Assembly (NCBI RefSeq): GCF_009834535.1
Contig: NC_045697.1
Coordinates: 102,364,001-102,428,000 of the forward strand
Length of the DNA: 64,000 nt
From: Camelus ferus
Lineage: Eukaryota
Direction: 5' to 3'
In this document: in pieces, positions 11,270 through 23,679 of the stretch
Numbering within the stretch: the stretch's first letter is position 1
Layout: every line of letters starts with the position of its first letter
Program-made: the position numbers and the translations under genes
The notes under the pieces: generated by a model
What the model was told of the DNA's origin: nothing
What the model saw: the letters and a program-made list of their open reading frames with translations, nothing else
Database searches by the model: none

Positions 11270-11700
11270 GGAATATATACATAAGGGGAGACAGCCTGGA
11301 TGCCCAGCTGTAAGGAATTGGTTAAACACATTACGGTACACCCATTTAATGTGATTCTATCGATTCTAAATAGTGTTAATGTGTATTTGTATCTGTTACT
11401 ATGAAGAGCAGTTTATAATATATTATTAACTGAAAATGATAAATTCAAAACAATACACATAGTCTGATATCATTTAAATAACTCTAATGCATATAAACAC
11501 ATAGGTACTTACACATAACCACATGTGTCATTACTGGATTCCTTATAGCTGGATATTAAGGATTTTTTTTTCTTTCTTATTATGAACAAGCTAAAGAACA
11601 CAGACGTGGGGATTAGACATTAAATTTTCAACTAACAATCAGTATCTCAGTATAATGAGATTATAGTTGATTTAAAAAATTAACTACAGTATGTACTTTC
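11270..11700 (+). mobile_element. Old L1ME 3' region
   Basis: tgcccagctgtaaggaattggttaaacacattacggtacacccatttaatg...atattattaactgaaaa. Confidence 0.6.
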
Positions 11701-14224
11701 TCAAAAAATAAATGTGTATTACTTGTTTAGTAAGACAATAAAAAAATTGGACAAAAACAAGCTAACCCAATATTCATTGTACCACATCCTATACTCTGGC
11801 GGATCAGCATACCACGTGCACATCCCTCACCGACAGCTAACAGGCTATCATGCTGGCGTGGTAAAACACAGCAGTCCTTGCTTTGAAATGCATTCAGCGA
11901 ACATCTGCTATCAATGTTAATCAATTTATCAACCGTCTTTGTGTTTAATAGAAATTCTAAATGTGGCCAGTAGTTTAAATGTCACTTCACGCCATCATCA
12001 TAGAGTCAATGCACAAATACTGCTGTAGCTTGAATTCCTGGGGAAAAAATGTGCCCAGATTCAAACAAACTTGAAAACTCCAAACAGAGTCTTTTATTAG
12101 TGACCCCTAATGACCCACAATCAAGGCTAAACATCTTGGCTAAACAATTATCTTTGGGAATTGAAATGTAAACAGAGAAAATTCCCCATCTGCCCTTACC
12201 CTATGTGGCGGTTCCTCTCCAGCCATAACACATCCACATACATCCTCTCCATGTGAAAAAGGTCCTGGTACAATTTTTTAAAGTTTTCACTTTCTCATTT
12301 AGAAAGCAAAATGGATATAATTATATATCTATATATCCAATAAACTGATTTTCCCTAAGCAAAACCCAGCATAAAACTATATAGGAGACAGCAGACTTCA
12401 TTCCTACAACCAGGCGCACAAAATGCCTCCTGAATGTTACCTTGGCTCCTTCCACTCATGCTTCCAAGTCCGTTTGCCCCTCAAATATCGTCATAGGAAT
12501 AGCTTTTTGAAACTCAAGTGTACTCATCTCACACAAGCCTTTAGAATGATGCCCTAAGAGCTGTTTCACATTAGACCCTCGGGTGCTGATTAAAAGTTCT
12601 GGAAATAAACTTTAAAATGTGTAGAGGTATACAAGTGTGTGTTTAGAAGGGATTTCACCAAGAATCAGTTTATGATTTTGCACTGGGCTCTAAAGAATTA
12701 AGACGAGTACAAACCTTGGTGCCCTGTATAAACTCCAAGATGGTAGGTCAAAGTCAGTGAGGATACTGTTTGTTAAGAGTCAGAACATTGTACCCTCATA
12801 TACTTTTACTTTGAATAGACATTATTTTGGGGCTGATTTCCTTTAACACTTACTATATGCGTTATGAATAAAGAGCCATTTCAGGAGCCTTCCTTTCAGA
12901 GTCATGTTTTAGCCACACAAACCCCTTGCAGAGAGAGAACTAAAATAAATTTCTTACATTTTATTTTTCTGCAGTCACAAACCTCTGCAAATGCAGGGAT
13001 AAACAAGAATTGCCAAAGGCAAATAATCCTTTCAGCGGATGGTATTAGCAGAACATCAACTTGTCCTCGCCCTGCCTTGTGACTCCTGTTGCTTACTTTC
13101 TAAAGAAATGACACTATTTTTTAAAACTGTAAATGTCCTCATGTAGCATTCAAAATAAATGGAGAGAAAAAGCACAATAAAAGGGGAAATAGTAAGTGAT
13201 TATATTAAACTCTAGTCCTTTACTTGGCCATCTGTCTTCAATTTCAGGCATGTTGTTTTTGAGTAGCGTCCCATTGTAACCAAATACAATGGGATAGGCA
13301 AGTTAATGAACTACGACACATCTCATCATAAATGTGATGTATTACCGAGGCAAAGCCACCCAAGCTGCCAGGCAGCTACTGTTTTCCTGTGAAGCTACTA
13401 GTTTTTAGTTCAGTGCTCTGGGGAAAGAGTAGTCTCATTTATCTTTGTGTTTGTTGTAAACTCTCAGACTGCTCCCCTACCCCTTTTCTCCTTTCCTGAC
13501 CTTGATCTTTGAAGAAAAATAAAAAAGGTAGAGCAGCTGCTGAGAGATGTAGACAAAGGAGAAAGAGGTGAGATTTGGACTTGAAAGAAAAATATGTGTT
13601 TATCATTTTCATCCCCAATCAGAATTCCTCAGTAAATTACAAAATGAGTTGTGCTAACATGGAGACACTTATTGGCCAATTCAGTTATTGACCAACTGTG
13701 TTTTTGTGTCTCCTTCTGAAACTGAGTCCTTTCTTCTGAAAACACCTAATTGGTTTATATTTTTAAAATTTATTTAGACCACACTATTCTCTGAAGTATT
13801 GGATTTAATTTCTTGCTTATGAAACACATTTAAAATGTTATTAGAAATGAAATACACAGTGTTAGAAACTAGGAGAGTTAAAAGATTGCACTGGAGGAGT
13901 CTGAGTCTCCCCAATCCATTTTTATTTTTGTGTCTAATGGATTGAGTAATTTTGATTTAATAGGATAGTTGATTGTAAGGCTCATTAATGTACAAAATTA
14001 AGGATCTCTTCCTGAATTCATTTCCTTCTCTGACTTTACCCTTCCAATCTATTCCTCTTTAACTACTCAAGTGAAAAAGTGTCCTCCCTACTTACATGAG
14101 CTGATTTAGGACAGGAAGTTGATTCCTCATTCGCAAGTGCTGGAAAGCAACATGACCCATACTGCATTAGAATTTTCCACTTCCTATGGGAGTCTTACTT
14201 TCCAGCATCAATTCTTATGCAGAA

Positions 14225-14863
14225 TGTGGTAGACAGAAGGCTGAGGTTCCCACCCCTGGTGTATACACACTGCAGGCTCCCCTTCCCTTGAGTGTGAGCA
14301 AGACTGGGGATGTGATGGATTTCACTCCCATCACGAGGCTACCTGATACTGCACAGATGAAAAGATTCTGCAGATGGAACTAAGGTCCTGAATCAAGGCC
14401 TCTGGAGACCCTGGGTAAGCCTGACCTTATCAGGTGAGCCTTGAAAAGGGACCAGGGTCTTTCTGAAAGGAGAGATTCAAAGTGCAGAGGTTTCTCCTGC
14501 TGGCCTGGAAGGAGCAAAGTGCTATGTTATGAAGAGGGCCATGTACAGGGGATGATGGATGGCTAGGAGCTGAGAGTGACCGCTGCCTGACAGCCTGCAG
14601 GACAAGAGCGAGCTGAGTCCCACAGCTGCAAGGAACTGAAATCCTCTGAAACCTGAATGCGCTTGGAAGAGGAAGCTGAACCTCAGATGAAATCACAGCC
14701 CAGGCCGACACCTTGATTTCAACCTGGTGAGACCCTGAATAGAGGACCCAGCTACCTTGTGCCTGGACTCCTGACTTATGGAAACCTTGAGATAAGAAAT
14801 TTGTGATGTTTTAAGTCACTGAATGTGTGGTAATTTGTTATAGAGCAACGGAAAACTAATACA
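14225..14863 (+). mobile_element. MaLR solo LTR (MLT1E/F-type)
   Basis: TG...CA termini (tgtggtagacag...gaaaactaataca); MLT1 motifs cacagctgcaaggaactgaa, gccgacaccttgatttc, gagataagaaatttgtg...ggtaatttgtta. Confidence 0.88.
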
Positions 14864-15304
14864 CACAGCTCTGCCTTTGCTGTTATGAATTATGAGTAAT
14901 ACTAAATAGTGACCATTCAGGGGAATGAATGTAAGGCTGAGAATTGGCAGGAAATTAATCATCAAACACTTTACGATGCCCCTGAGTGGATTCAAAAGCT
15001 GTGTGACTAGAAAAGGACAAAATGTCATCCAAAAGGAACTCTCCTGGAATGTTATTTACTCCAACTTTGGTCTTCAGTGTAAATGAGTCCACAGTGAAGT
15101 CCTTAACTGGAGTAAATAGGACCCTGGGCCCAGGGTCATTGTAAGGGGAGCAATCCAGGGAAAGAGTGCTCAGTAATGGTTTACACATCAGAGGAGACAC
15201 GGGTCCCCTGTTAGTTTTGTTGGTCCTGGTTTTCAGTCTACAACTCTTGGAAGTGACAATTATTCTTTGATATCACATGGAGACTCTTTATCCATAAAGA
15301 AATC

Positions 15305-15445
15305 ATTTGTCAAGAGTGATAGAAGTGTTAGCTAATGCTGTGGCAGGTAACCACATTGCAGTATACAAATGCATCAAATGAACATGCTGTACACCTTGAA
15401 CTTACACAAGGTCATACATCAGTTACATCTGAATTTTAAAAAGAG
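15305..15445 (+). mobile_element. L1 (L1MA/MB-type) 3' end
   Basis: gcagtatacaaatgcatcaaatgaacatgctgtacaccttgaacttacacaa. Confidence 0.75.
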
Positions 15446-15555
15446 CATATTAATAACCTAAAAGAGTAAATACTAGTTCCAAAGATGTTTAAATTATCAC
15501 TATCATATAACTGACTCATGGCAAGGACTTCATAAGTCTATCAAAAACCTCAAAA

Positions 15556-15742
15556 TACGGTTGCCAGATAAAATACAGGATGCCCAGTGAAAGTTTAAAT
15601 CTTGAATTAATAACAATTTTTTAGTGTAAGTATCCCCCAAACATTTCACAGACATACTTATATTAAACATTATTCATTGTTTATCTGAGATTCAGTTTTA
15701 ACTGTGCATCCTGAATTTTTATTTCCTAGATCTACAACCCTA
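15556..15742. mobile_element. MER53 palindromic hAT MITE
   Basis: Ends tacggttgccaga...tctacaacccta; internal inverted arms aaaatacaggatgcccagt / aactgtgcatcctgaattttt and tagtgtaagtat / atacttatatta. Confidence 0.88.
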
Positions 15743-16212
15743 CAAAAGAAAGTAGGATGAAATCACTCTGAACTTCCCAGACTGAACATTTGATTCTTGA
15801 AGTCATTAGCTTGCATGTTACCTGGAAAGAAAAGAACAGCAGAGAAAACCATTTCCTACTCAATTTTCTCCATTGGTCTGTGTACACAGTCCTGAACCAA
15901 AGGTAAATTTTCAGTAATAACTGTCCTTCCGTGCAATCAAAATAGTACAGAGGCGTATGTTAAGTATCAAAAATACCTAATTTTTAGTCACATTTAATCA
16001 AGCTATTTTTAAGTAGACATGGAGGATGGATTTATGAAGTACTTAGTATAATCTAACATACATGCCATGCAAATAAAAGACCAAAATACAGTCTGCTGGA
16101 TTGAGGAGTTTAAGTTTGTGTTAAAGAAACCGTAAAGATACATGGAGCACAATTGGAAAGAGATGAAGACCTGAAACTTACTCAGTGTTCAAGTTCAAGT
16201 GTGTGCTCTACA

Positions 16213-17150
16213 GACTCATTCATTTACTCATGCATCGGAGAGACTCATGGTCAGGTCCAGTCCCAGTGTTAGTAAAAAACAAAACAAATCTGTGAACGAA
16301 TCAAAGTCTCTTTTTCAATAGAGCTTCCATTCTAGTTGAGGGTAGATAGATAATAAACAAATGAATTAATACAGAAATATCTGCTAGTAATCCTTTCTAT
16401 GATGACTGTTAAAAAGGGAAGTCGGGAGTGAATTTAGATTTGGGTAAGCAAGGTTGTCTCCAAGGAGGTGATATTTCAACTGTGCAACAAGAATGAAACA
16501 GCCCACAGGATGACTGAGGAGAAGCAGGATTCCAGTAGGGAGCTAAGTGAATGCAAAGACCAAAAGGTAGAAGTGGTCAAGGCAGGGACAATCTTGCTAT
16601 CACTGGATCAACAGAGAGAAGGGTCAAGGGACTGAATCAGAAAGGGGAGATGGAAGCAGGGCCATTTAGACCAAGACTTTGTTCCAAGTGTTCTAAGTTT
16701 TGTTCTAAGAAACATGGAAAGGTTTCAAGCAAGAGAGTAACAAGATCTGATATACGTTTTAAAATAACTGATCTTAGTTGCTGGGAGACACAGAATTGTC
16801 TGGACACAATAACCAACACAAGGAAAAGTAGAAACCAAAGCAGCAATGGAGAGACTATGATCCTAAGCAGGCAAGGCAGTGGTGGTTTGTCCCAAGTTGG
16901 AATGAAGATGGAGACAGAGGTGAGGTTTGAGATGTATTCTGGAGGCAAAGTTGGTAGGATTTGCTGATGGCAAGGTAGGAATCAAGGGTACATCCTGGGG
17001 TTTTGACTTAAGCACCTGGATGATGACAGTACCATTTACTGAGAGGGCAAATAAGGTAACCAAGGTTGAGATGTCTGAGATGCTTCAGTCAGCTAAGTGG
17101 ATCTGTTAAATAGGAGAGCAAGGTTAAATCTGGGCTGTCACCGTCTAGAA
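16213..17150 (-). mobile_element. L2 LINE, ~0.9 kb 3' portion
   Basis: Starts actcattcatttactc (antisense tail); gagcttccattctagttgaggg; aaggaggtgatatttcaactg; ggttttgacttaagcacctggatgatgacagtaccatttactgaga. Confidence 0.85.
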
Positions 17151-19329
17151 AGAACTCATAGGAAAAAGAGGACTTGCCTTTAAAAAGTGGGTTGGAGTCA
17201 AATGGATAGTGGAAGAATTTTCTGCATTTCTTGTAGAGCAAATAAAATTAGAACAAGATGCAACGTGAGAATAAGCATGAAGTGTGGTTGGAGGTGAAAG
17301 AACGGGGAACTGATGTTGAGGGAAAGTAAGACGTAAGATTAGAACTGTACAGCGGGGCTAGTTTATAGGGATCTCCAAAAAAAATAGAGTTTGAATTCTT
17401 TCTCAAAAAAAAACCAAAACAAAACATGGAGCCATTGCCAATTCTGGTGCAGGAGCTAGGATAAATTTCAGTTCTGATTTGTTCTCTGTTTTCTCCCCAA
17501 TTCTTAACACAAAGTCTGGTGCATAGAAAGTGGTCAGTTTATTAAATAAATGAATGGACAATGAATGAACGATTGTATAGCTAATTGTGTTTGCACAATG
17601 AAAAAACAATGAGTTAAAAAAGCAATGACGGCTCCTTATTTCAAACATCTAAGTTTTCAGGAGAGGAGATACAGTCTTTGTATAATACAGTGGTGGAGAG
17701 AAGGAAATAAAAGATGCCTTACTGTATTGCCCAACATGGTAAGATGAAAAAAGTAGACAGAAAATATAAATTCAGTCTATCTAGAGATATTAAAAGTTTT
17801 AAATATCGCAAGAGATTTCTACTAAAACAATGAATTCAACAGAGAACATAGCTGATTAATGAGATTAAGCAAAACTTGGACAGGATTTTTTTAATCTTCA
17901 AAAAAATGAAGTGGCCGTGACTTTTAACTACTCATTCAATTCTTACATAGTTTTAAAATTAAAAGTTCATTTAATTTTTGCTCAGCGTGTCTGCAGCATT
18001 TCTGCTGAAATTTGAAATTGACTTGATTGTTTCCTGGGGCACAATATCAGTATTGTGGAATCAAGATCTTCCTTTTCTTTGTAACTTGCTACTGTTCCAG
18101 ACAATCTCCATCTTCTACAAGTCTGTGATTGTCATACATTGGTGTTTGTACGTGCAGATACACAAGTATATTCTAGTTTTGTGATGGTACAGATGGTTGT
18201 GTTGCACTGTTAACTCAAGAAGTAAAACTAAGTCACTGCTCATCATCACAAAGAGGGAAGCAGAGGATAAGAAGCCTCCCAGAAAGTTGGTAAACTTTGA
18301 TGGCACTCACTTGCTATTGGCCTCGAAGCTCTCAGATTATACTTTTTTTTTAATTGGATCATTATTTTAATGAGAGTTTTTAAAGGGCATTTAATAGCTT
18401 CCCTGTTTCAGCAGATATACATTGAAAAGCATTTGGAATACCTCCCAGTTGCAACATTTTTGATCTTTGCATTTCTTAGAATTCTGACAACCTACCAGGT
18501 AACAGTTAGTATGATATTATGCTGACACATTCCAGAGTTGGCAGTTGTTAGATTTGCCAATGCAGTGGGTTGCGCAGATCCCATGGGTCTGAGATTTATT
18601 GCCTTTTCCTTTTACCCACCTCTCCATAGGCCCTTCCCCCATCTCTTTCTTTAACTCTTGCGACTGAATATTCTCTGGGCATATTTTTAGATACATCGTG
18701 ACTATTCACAGCAAATGCGTGACCTAGTACAAAACAAGAATTAACCACAGAAATTCTTATGTTATGAATTTACACCATTCTGTGTAATTTGAAGAATGAG
18801 AGATAGCTTGTTTAGAGCAAAGATATTTGTTTTCTCTACCCAGAGTCATGCCATTCTCAGAACTCTCCCAAATTCACAGACGGATTGCGTAGGTGATCTG
18901 TAAACCCTCTGAAAAGCTAAATCCAACAGAATGACTCGGCTGTGGCCACTACTCAGATTTCTTCTTTCTCAAGCAAGAACTTCATGCATGGAAAGGAACA
19001 GGGAGGGAAAACATTAGAAAATGATTATAAATGATTATAAAAATTCTTCAAAAATTGCCTTTTTGGCAGCCAGTGGTAACAAGGGACGGACAAATGTCAA
19101 GTTCTCCTGGTGTTGAGTTCACTTCACATCTGTTGGAAACCATCTTCCTCCTGACAGAAGAAGCAAAGAGAAGAAGTCAGATCACAGTGTTAGGGAGCCT
19201 CCTGGCTTACAGTGGGGCTCCCTGACTGCTGCTCCCTGTTGCGTTGTTCTAGGTTCAGGTAAGAAGAAGGGTCATGGAAGCTGACGTAGACATTAGACCA
19301 AGGTGTTCTTGATACAGCACTAGGTCCAG

Positions 19330-20400
19330 TGCATTCCTTCCTTCCTTCATTTATTTAACAAAGGTTAATTGGGTACTAGCCATGAACCAAGCATGGAGCT
19401 AGGTACCAGAAACATAAAGACAGAAATAGGGCCTGAGCTCAAGTAGGTAGACATCTCGAGAGGAGACAGAGTCATAAACAGATAAATAGGACCCGATACT
19501 AAAACCAGATCTATGTGGTAGCAATTATGAGGGTGTGGAGGAAGGGCTCTTAATCCAACTGGGATGACCTTGAGGGAGTGATTCCTAAACTGAGTTAATA
19601 ATAGACTGTCAATAGTGAGGTGAGCTTGAGCGTGGAAGGCTATGAGGACCACATAAGCAAATACACCAAGTGGATAGCTCACATAATGTGTTTGGAGAAC
19701 TTCATGTAGTGCAGCATTTCTGTTTTATAAAGTGTGAGATGTGGGCAAAGAGAAATGGTGCTGAAGAAATCAGGCAGTGATCAACAGGGACGGCTTGAAG
19801 TTCAATTGTTTTCGGTCCTTCCTACTACAAAGTCATATATGGTTGTTTAAATTTAAATGAAGTAATAGTTCTAAAAACAAAAATATAGTTGTTCAGCTGC
19901 ACTGGTTTCATTTCACCTGCTCGATAGCCATGTGAAGTTAGTGGCTACCAGGGAGGGTGCCTGACGATAGAACATTTCCATCAGCTCTGAAAGTTCTGCT
20001 GGGGAGTGCTGGTGTAGACGGTCCTGAACCTCTGCAGTGTTGTAGGTGAAGTTAGATTATGTCTTAGACTCACAGTGGGGACTCTGGAGGACAAATATGA
20101 AAAGAGAAGATGGAGACAGGAGTTCATTTAGAGAGAATGTTTAATGAATGGTCCATGGAATTTCCATTCTAGTGGGAAACAGATTAAAAAATAAATAGTA
20201 TGTAAAATACTTATCATGACAGAGAATGACAAGTGTCACAGACAAAAACAGGAAGGAAGGAGACTAGAAGGGGCTGATGGCGGGTTCAAATGTAAATAAA
20301 GTGTTTAGAGAAGTTCTCACTGAGAAAGGGAGAGTTAATCTAAGACCTGAAAGAGGTTAAGAGCATGACTTAGATACCTGAGGAAGAGATGCATGAACAG
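19330..20400 (-). mobile_element. L2 fragments, split by a MER3 insertion
   Basis: cattccttccttccttcatttatttaacaaa tail, then antisense L2 body; further pieces at ~20020-20400. Confidence 0.7.
19820..20011 (-). mobile_element. MER3 hAT-Charlie DNA transposon
   Basis: tttaaatttaaat...tgctcgatagccatgtgaagttagtggctacca...atagaacatttccatca...gaaagttctgctggggagtgctg. Confidence 0.85.
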
Positions 20401-20459
20401 CGAGGTCTATTTAAAAGGCATGTGCACTATGATTTAAAATTTTTATGTCCTTTATCTCA

Positions 20460-20841
20460 TTGAATCAGTCAGGGATCTTCAAAGAAATAAAGCCAATAAT
20501 ATACGTGTGTGCGTGTGCGGTCTGTATGTGTGTAAATACGTATGCATATCTAAAGAGACTTTTTAATGAATAGGCTAATGCAATTATGCAATTGTGGGGC
20601 CTGGAAAGTCTAAAATCTGTAGGGCCAGCTGGAAACTCAGGCAGGAATTGATTCTGCAGTTCTGAGGCAGAATATCTTCTTCTTCAGGAATCCTTACTTT
20701 TTGCTCTTAAGATCTTCACCTGATAGGATGGGGCCCATTTCCATTATCAAGGATAATCTTTTTTATAGAAAGTCAATTGATTGCCTGTTCTAATCACAGC
20801 AATGAAATAGCCTCTCAGCAACCTCTAGCCTAACCATCACA
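20460..20841 (-). mobile_element. ERVL MLT2 solo LTR (MLT2C/D-type)
   Basis: agtcagggatcttcaaagaaata...gctggaaactcaggcagg...aaagtcaattgattg...taaccatcaca. Confidence 0.82.
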
Positions 20842-21089
20842 CTTATCTAACCCCCACGTTTCAGATAAGGGAATAGAGGTTCATAAAGACTAAAAACTTG
20901 CCCGAGCTAATTCAAAGAGTGCAAAGCCTAACACCTGTCTAAGTCTCCTGACATTAAATCTAGGTCTCATTTTGCTGCCCAAAGAAACCTAAATTAGACC
21001 CCAAGGGAGCTCCAGATTAAAGAAGAAGAGATTCAGACATGTGTTTGTATTTTAGGACACTCACAACTGAACTCTATTTTTCAATGGAA

Positions 21090-22120
21090 AGTTTGTACCT
21101 GTATCTCTCTGAATATTTTTTCTACCCTGTGATTTTTTCTATTCTGACTTTAGGGTACTTCTACTGGATATATGTTGAAAGTCAGTGTCCCAAGTCCATA
21201 ATCCCTCTTTCTTATTTTTCATTTCTTCATCTCTCTGTAGTGTATTCAGAGGAGTTTCCTCACAACTACATTTCAGTTTATGAATTTTCTCCTCTCTCAT
21301 GTTAATATGCCTTTAACCCCAAAATTTAATACTTTTATAACAATTCTTAAGGGTTTTTTTTTTGTCACTAGACGTTCTTTTGGTTTTTGACCCTATGTTC
21401 CTTTTCTTTTTCTTTTTCTCTTTGCTCCCTATTTGTCTGACTTTATTTTAAACATACTTATTCTAGAAAATTCTATTAAGTAATTACATTTTCTGACGCT
21501 TCTGAGAGTTTAAGCCTACAGTTGGATGTGCCCTCCAATTTTTGCTTATAGTAACGGAGTTTTCACCATATATTTTATACTTTGGGATTGACTCATCTTC
21601 AGTGGAGTTCTACACAGTGGAATCCTTTGTGGCTTGGGCTAAGGACATGTCCCTCCAGAGGTATTTTGCATTTGCTCCTCCAGGCAACCCAAGGACATCT
21701 CCAGCCTGGGACTAATTTAATATTAATTCTTTTATTTTAGGGACACAAACTATGCAAGTCATGCAATTTGAACATCAAACCCAAGTGTGATGTAAGCCCA
21801 TGGGAATGAATTTTCAAGAGAGACTTATCCCAGCAATAATAGAGTCACAAACAAACAAGTTTCTTTGTAATGTCCTTCTGCCAATGGGAAGATTTTTATA
21901 GTTCAGTTTTCTACTGAGGCTTCAGACTTTGAGTATCCAGAGTTTTATATAAGTCTAAGTTCCAAGTCCTTGCTTTACTGGAGCTTGAGGTAAATGAACT
22001 CTAGACTGACTTATCTCCCTTTAACCCCTGGGGTAGCCAGGTTACTTATGCTCTGGTTTTCAATTCCCTGTTTGTTTCTGACAGATAAAGTAGATTGATA
22101 CATATTGTGCCAGAAAATAC
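21090..22120 (-). mobile_element. HAL1 / old L1 ORF1-5' region
   Basis: T-rich antisense ORF1-like sequence, then gtccctccagaggtattttgcatttgctcctccaggcaacccaagg. Confidence 0.55.
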
Positions 22121-22214
22121 AGTAAGTATTCTTTTTGACTATAACTGCCTGTTACTTGGCTAGACACACACACACAGACACACATGCATCCAACACTCAC
22201 AAAGGCACTTCCTA

Positions 22215-22410
22215 TGCAAACAGTGTTATTAATAGTCACCATCCATTGAGCCCTTGGAATGTGACAGGAACCATGCCACCTTGTGTATATTATCCCAATA
22301 ATAACATTCTAAGTACAGTTGTTATGCCCATTTTGCAGGTAGAATTTGAGAACTTGGGAAACTACCTTAAAGAGACAGAGCTAGCATGGAAACTCAAAGT
22401 TATTTGAATC
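22215..22410 (-). mobile_element. MIR SINE
   Basis: ccattgagcccttggaatgtgacaggaacc...tatgcccattttgcaggtagaa...agagctag. Confidence 0.6.
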
Positions 22411-22426
22411 AGTGAAGATTGTTCTT

Positions 22427-22547
22427 TTTTTAAAAGATGTATTTATGTTTGTTTATTTATTTATTTTTAGAGGAGGTACTGGGGATTGAACCCAGGACCT
22501 CATGCATGCTAAGCATGCGCTCTACCACTTGAGCTATACCCTCACCC
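22427..22547 (-). mobile_element. Camelid tRNA-Ala-derived SINE (Vic-1 type)
   Basis: Minus strand GGGTGAGGGTATAGCTCAAGTGGTAGAGCGCATGCTTAGCATGCATGAGGTCCTGGGTTCAATCCCCAGTACCTCC plus (AAAT)n tail; degenerate TSD tgaagattgttctt / tgagatgttctt. Confidence 0.92.
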
Positions 22548-22724
22548 TGAGATGTTCTTAATCTTCATTCCATACAGCTTCCACATATGTGAGAAAAAGT
22601 CTCACCATATGCATGTCTTTTCTCTGTTTTAAAAACTTTTAGTTTAACAAAATAGTGATACTGTTTATAAATTGATAGGGATTGCATTAATGTATTTGTA
22701 TTTTGTCAACCAAATGTCATTTCT

Positions 22725-23086
22725 TTTAAAAAAATTTTATATAATTTTGAAAGGTTACTTTCCATTTATATTATGAAATATTGGCTATATTCTCCGTGTT
22801 GTGCAATACATCCTTGAGCCTGGCTTATACCCAAATCTTCATACCTCCCTCTCCCCCACCCTTATATTGCCCCCCATTGGTAACTATTAGTTTGTTCTCT
22901 GTGTCTGTGAGTCTGCTTCTTTTTTGTTATATTACCTAGTTAGCTGTATTTTTTAGATTCCACGCATAAGTGATATCATAACATTCGTCTTTCTCTGTCT
23001 GGCTTACTTCACTTAGCATAACTTGCCCTCCAATGTTCATCCATGTTGCTGCAAATGGCAAAATTTTGTTCTGTTTATGGCTGCAT
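22725..23086 (-). mobile_element. 5'-truncated L1 with TSD
   Basis: ORF track KILPFAATWMNIG...LSEVSQTEKD (ORF2 C-terminus); TSD atgtcatttct at 22714-22724 and 23087-23097. Confidence 0.93.
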
Positions 23087-23679
23087 ATGTCATTTCTGTA
23101 TTTAAAGTCAGGTGGAAAATTTATCATGGGAAAGATGTACATTAATTTGCTCTTGCAAACTGGATTTTGAAGGAAGCAAAAATATAATAAACTTACATTT
23201 CTTCTTCAAGCCAGGAAATTATCTGTCCACCTAAATAAATTATGCAAATTACCAGATGAACCTTTCACATACAGAATTTCAATAATTTTATAGAAATGTT
23301 GTTTCCTTCTTTTTATTACTATGATAGTTTTTATAAGGTATAGACACCAATCCAGACTCTCTTTTGTAACCCTCAAGGTTCCCAGTAATCACAGTTTTGT
23401 TGACATTTTTAAAATAAGGCAGCCTCATTGGGACAACTCTTATTCTATGAACACTTTTATATCTTTGAACCAAAATAGATCTCATTTTATTTTTTCCTAG
23501 AAGATTCCTCTGTTTGGCTAACGTCGTGGTTAAAAATAGACTGACAAAGGAGGGTTGCTGTCCAGTAGCATCAATAACAAAAAATAAGGTATATGTCTGC
23601 TTAAGAATAACACCAAACTCCCCAATCTTAATGTATTTTTGCTACTGTAAAGAGTAGAGCAATGAAAACTAAACCACAT

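Noticed and set aside
18480..18498. 19-nt exon-like unit (tcttAG...CAG|GTAACA)
   Set aside because: Frame-shifting length, weaker donor, and no supporting context.
22471..22543. tRNA-Ala(AGC) gene
   Set aside because: A-rich tail, TSD, acceptor-stem mismatch and a second diverged copy at 28835 indicate a SINE.
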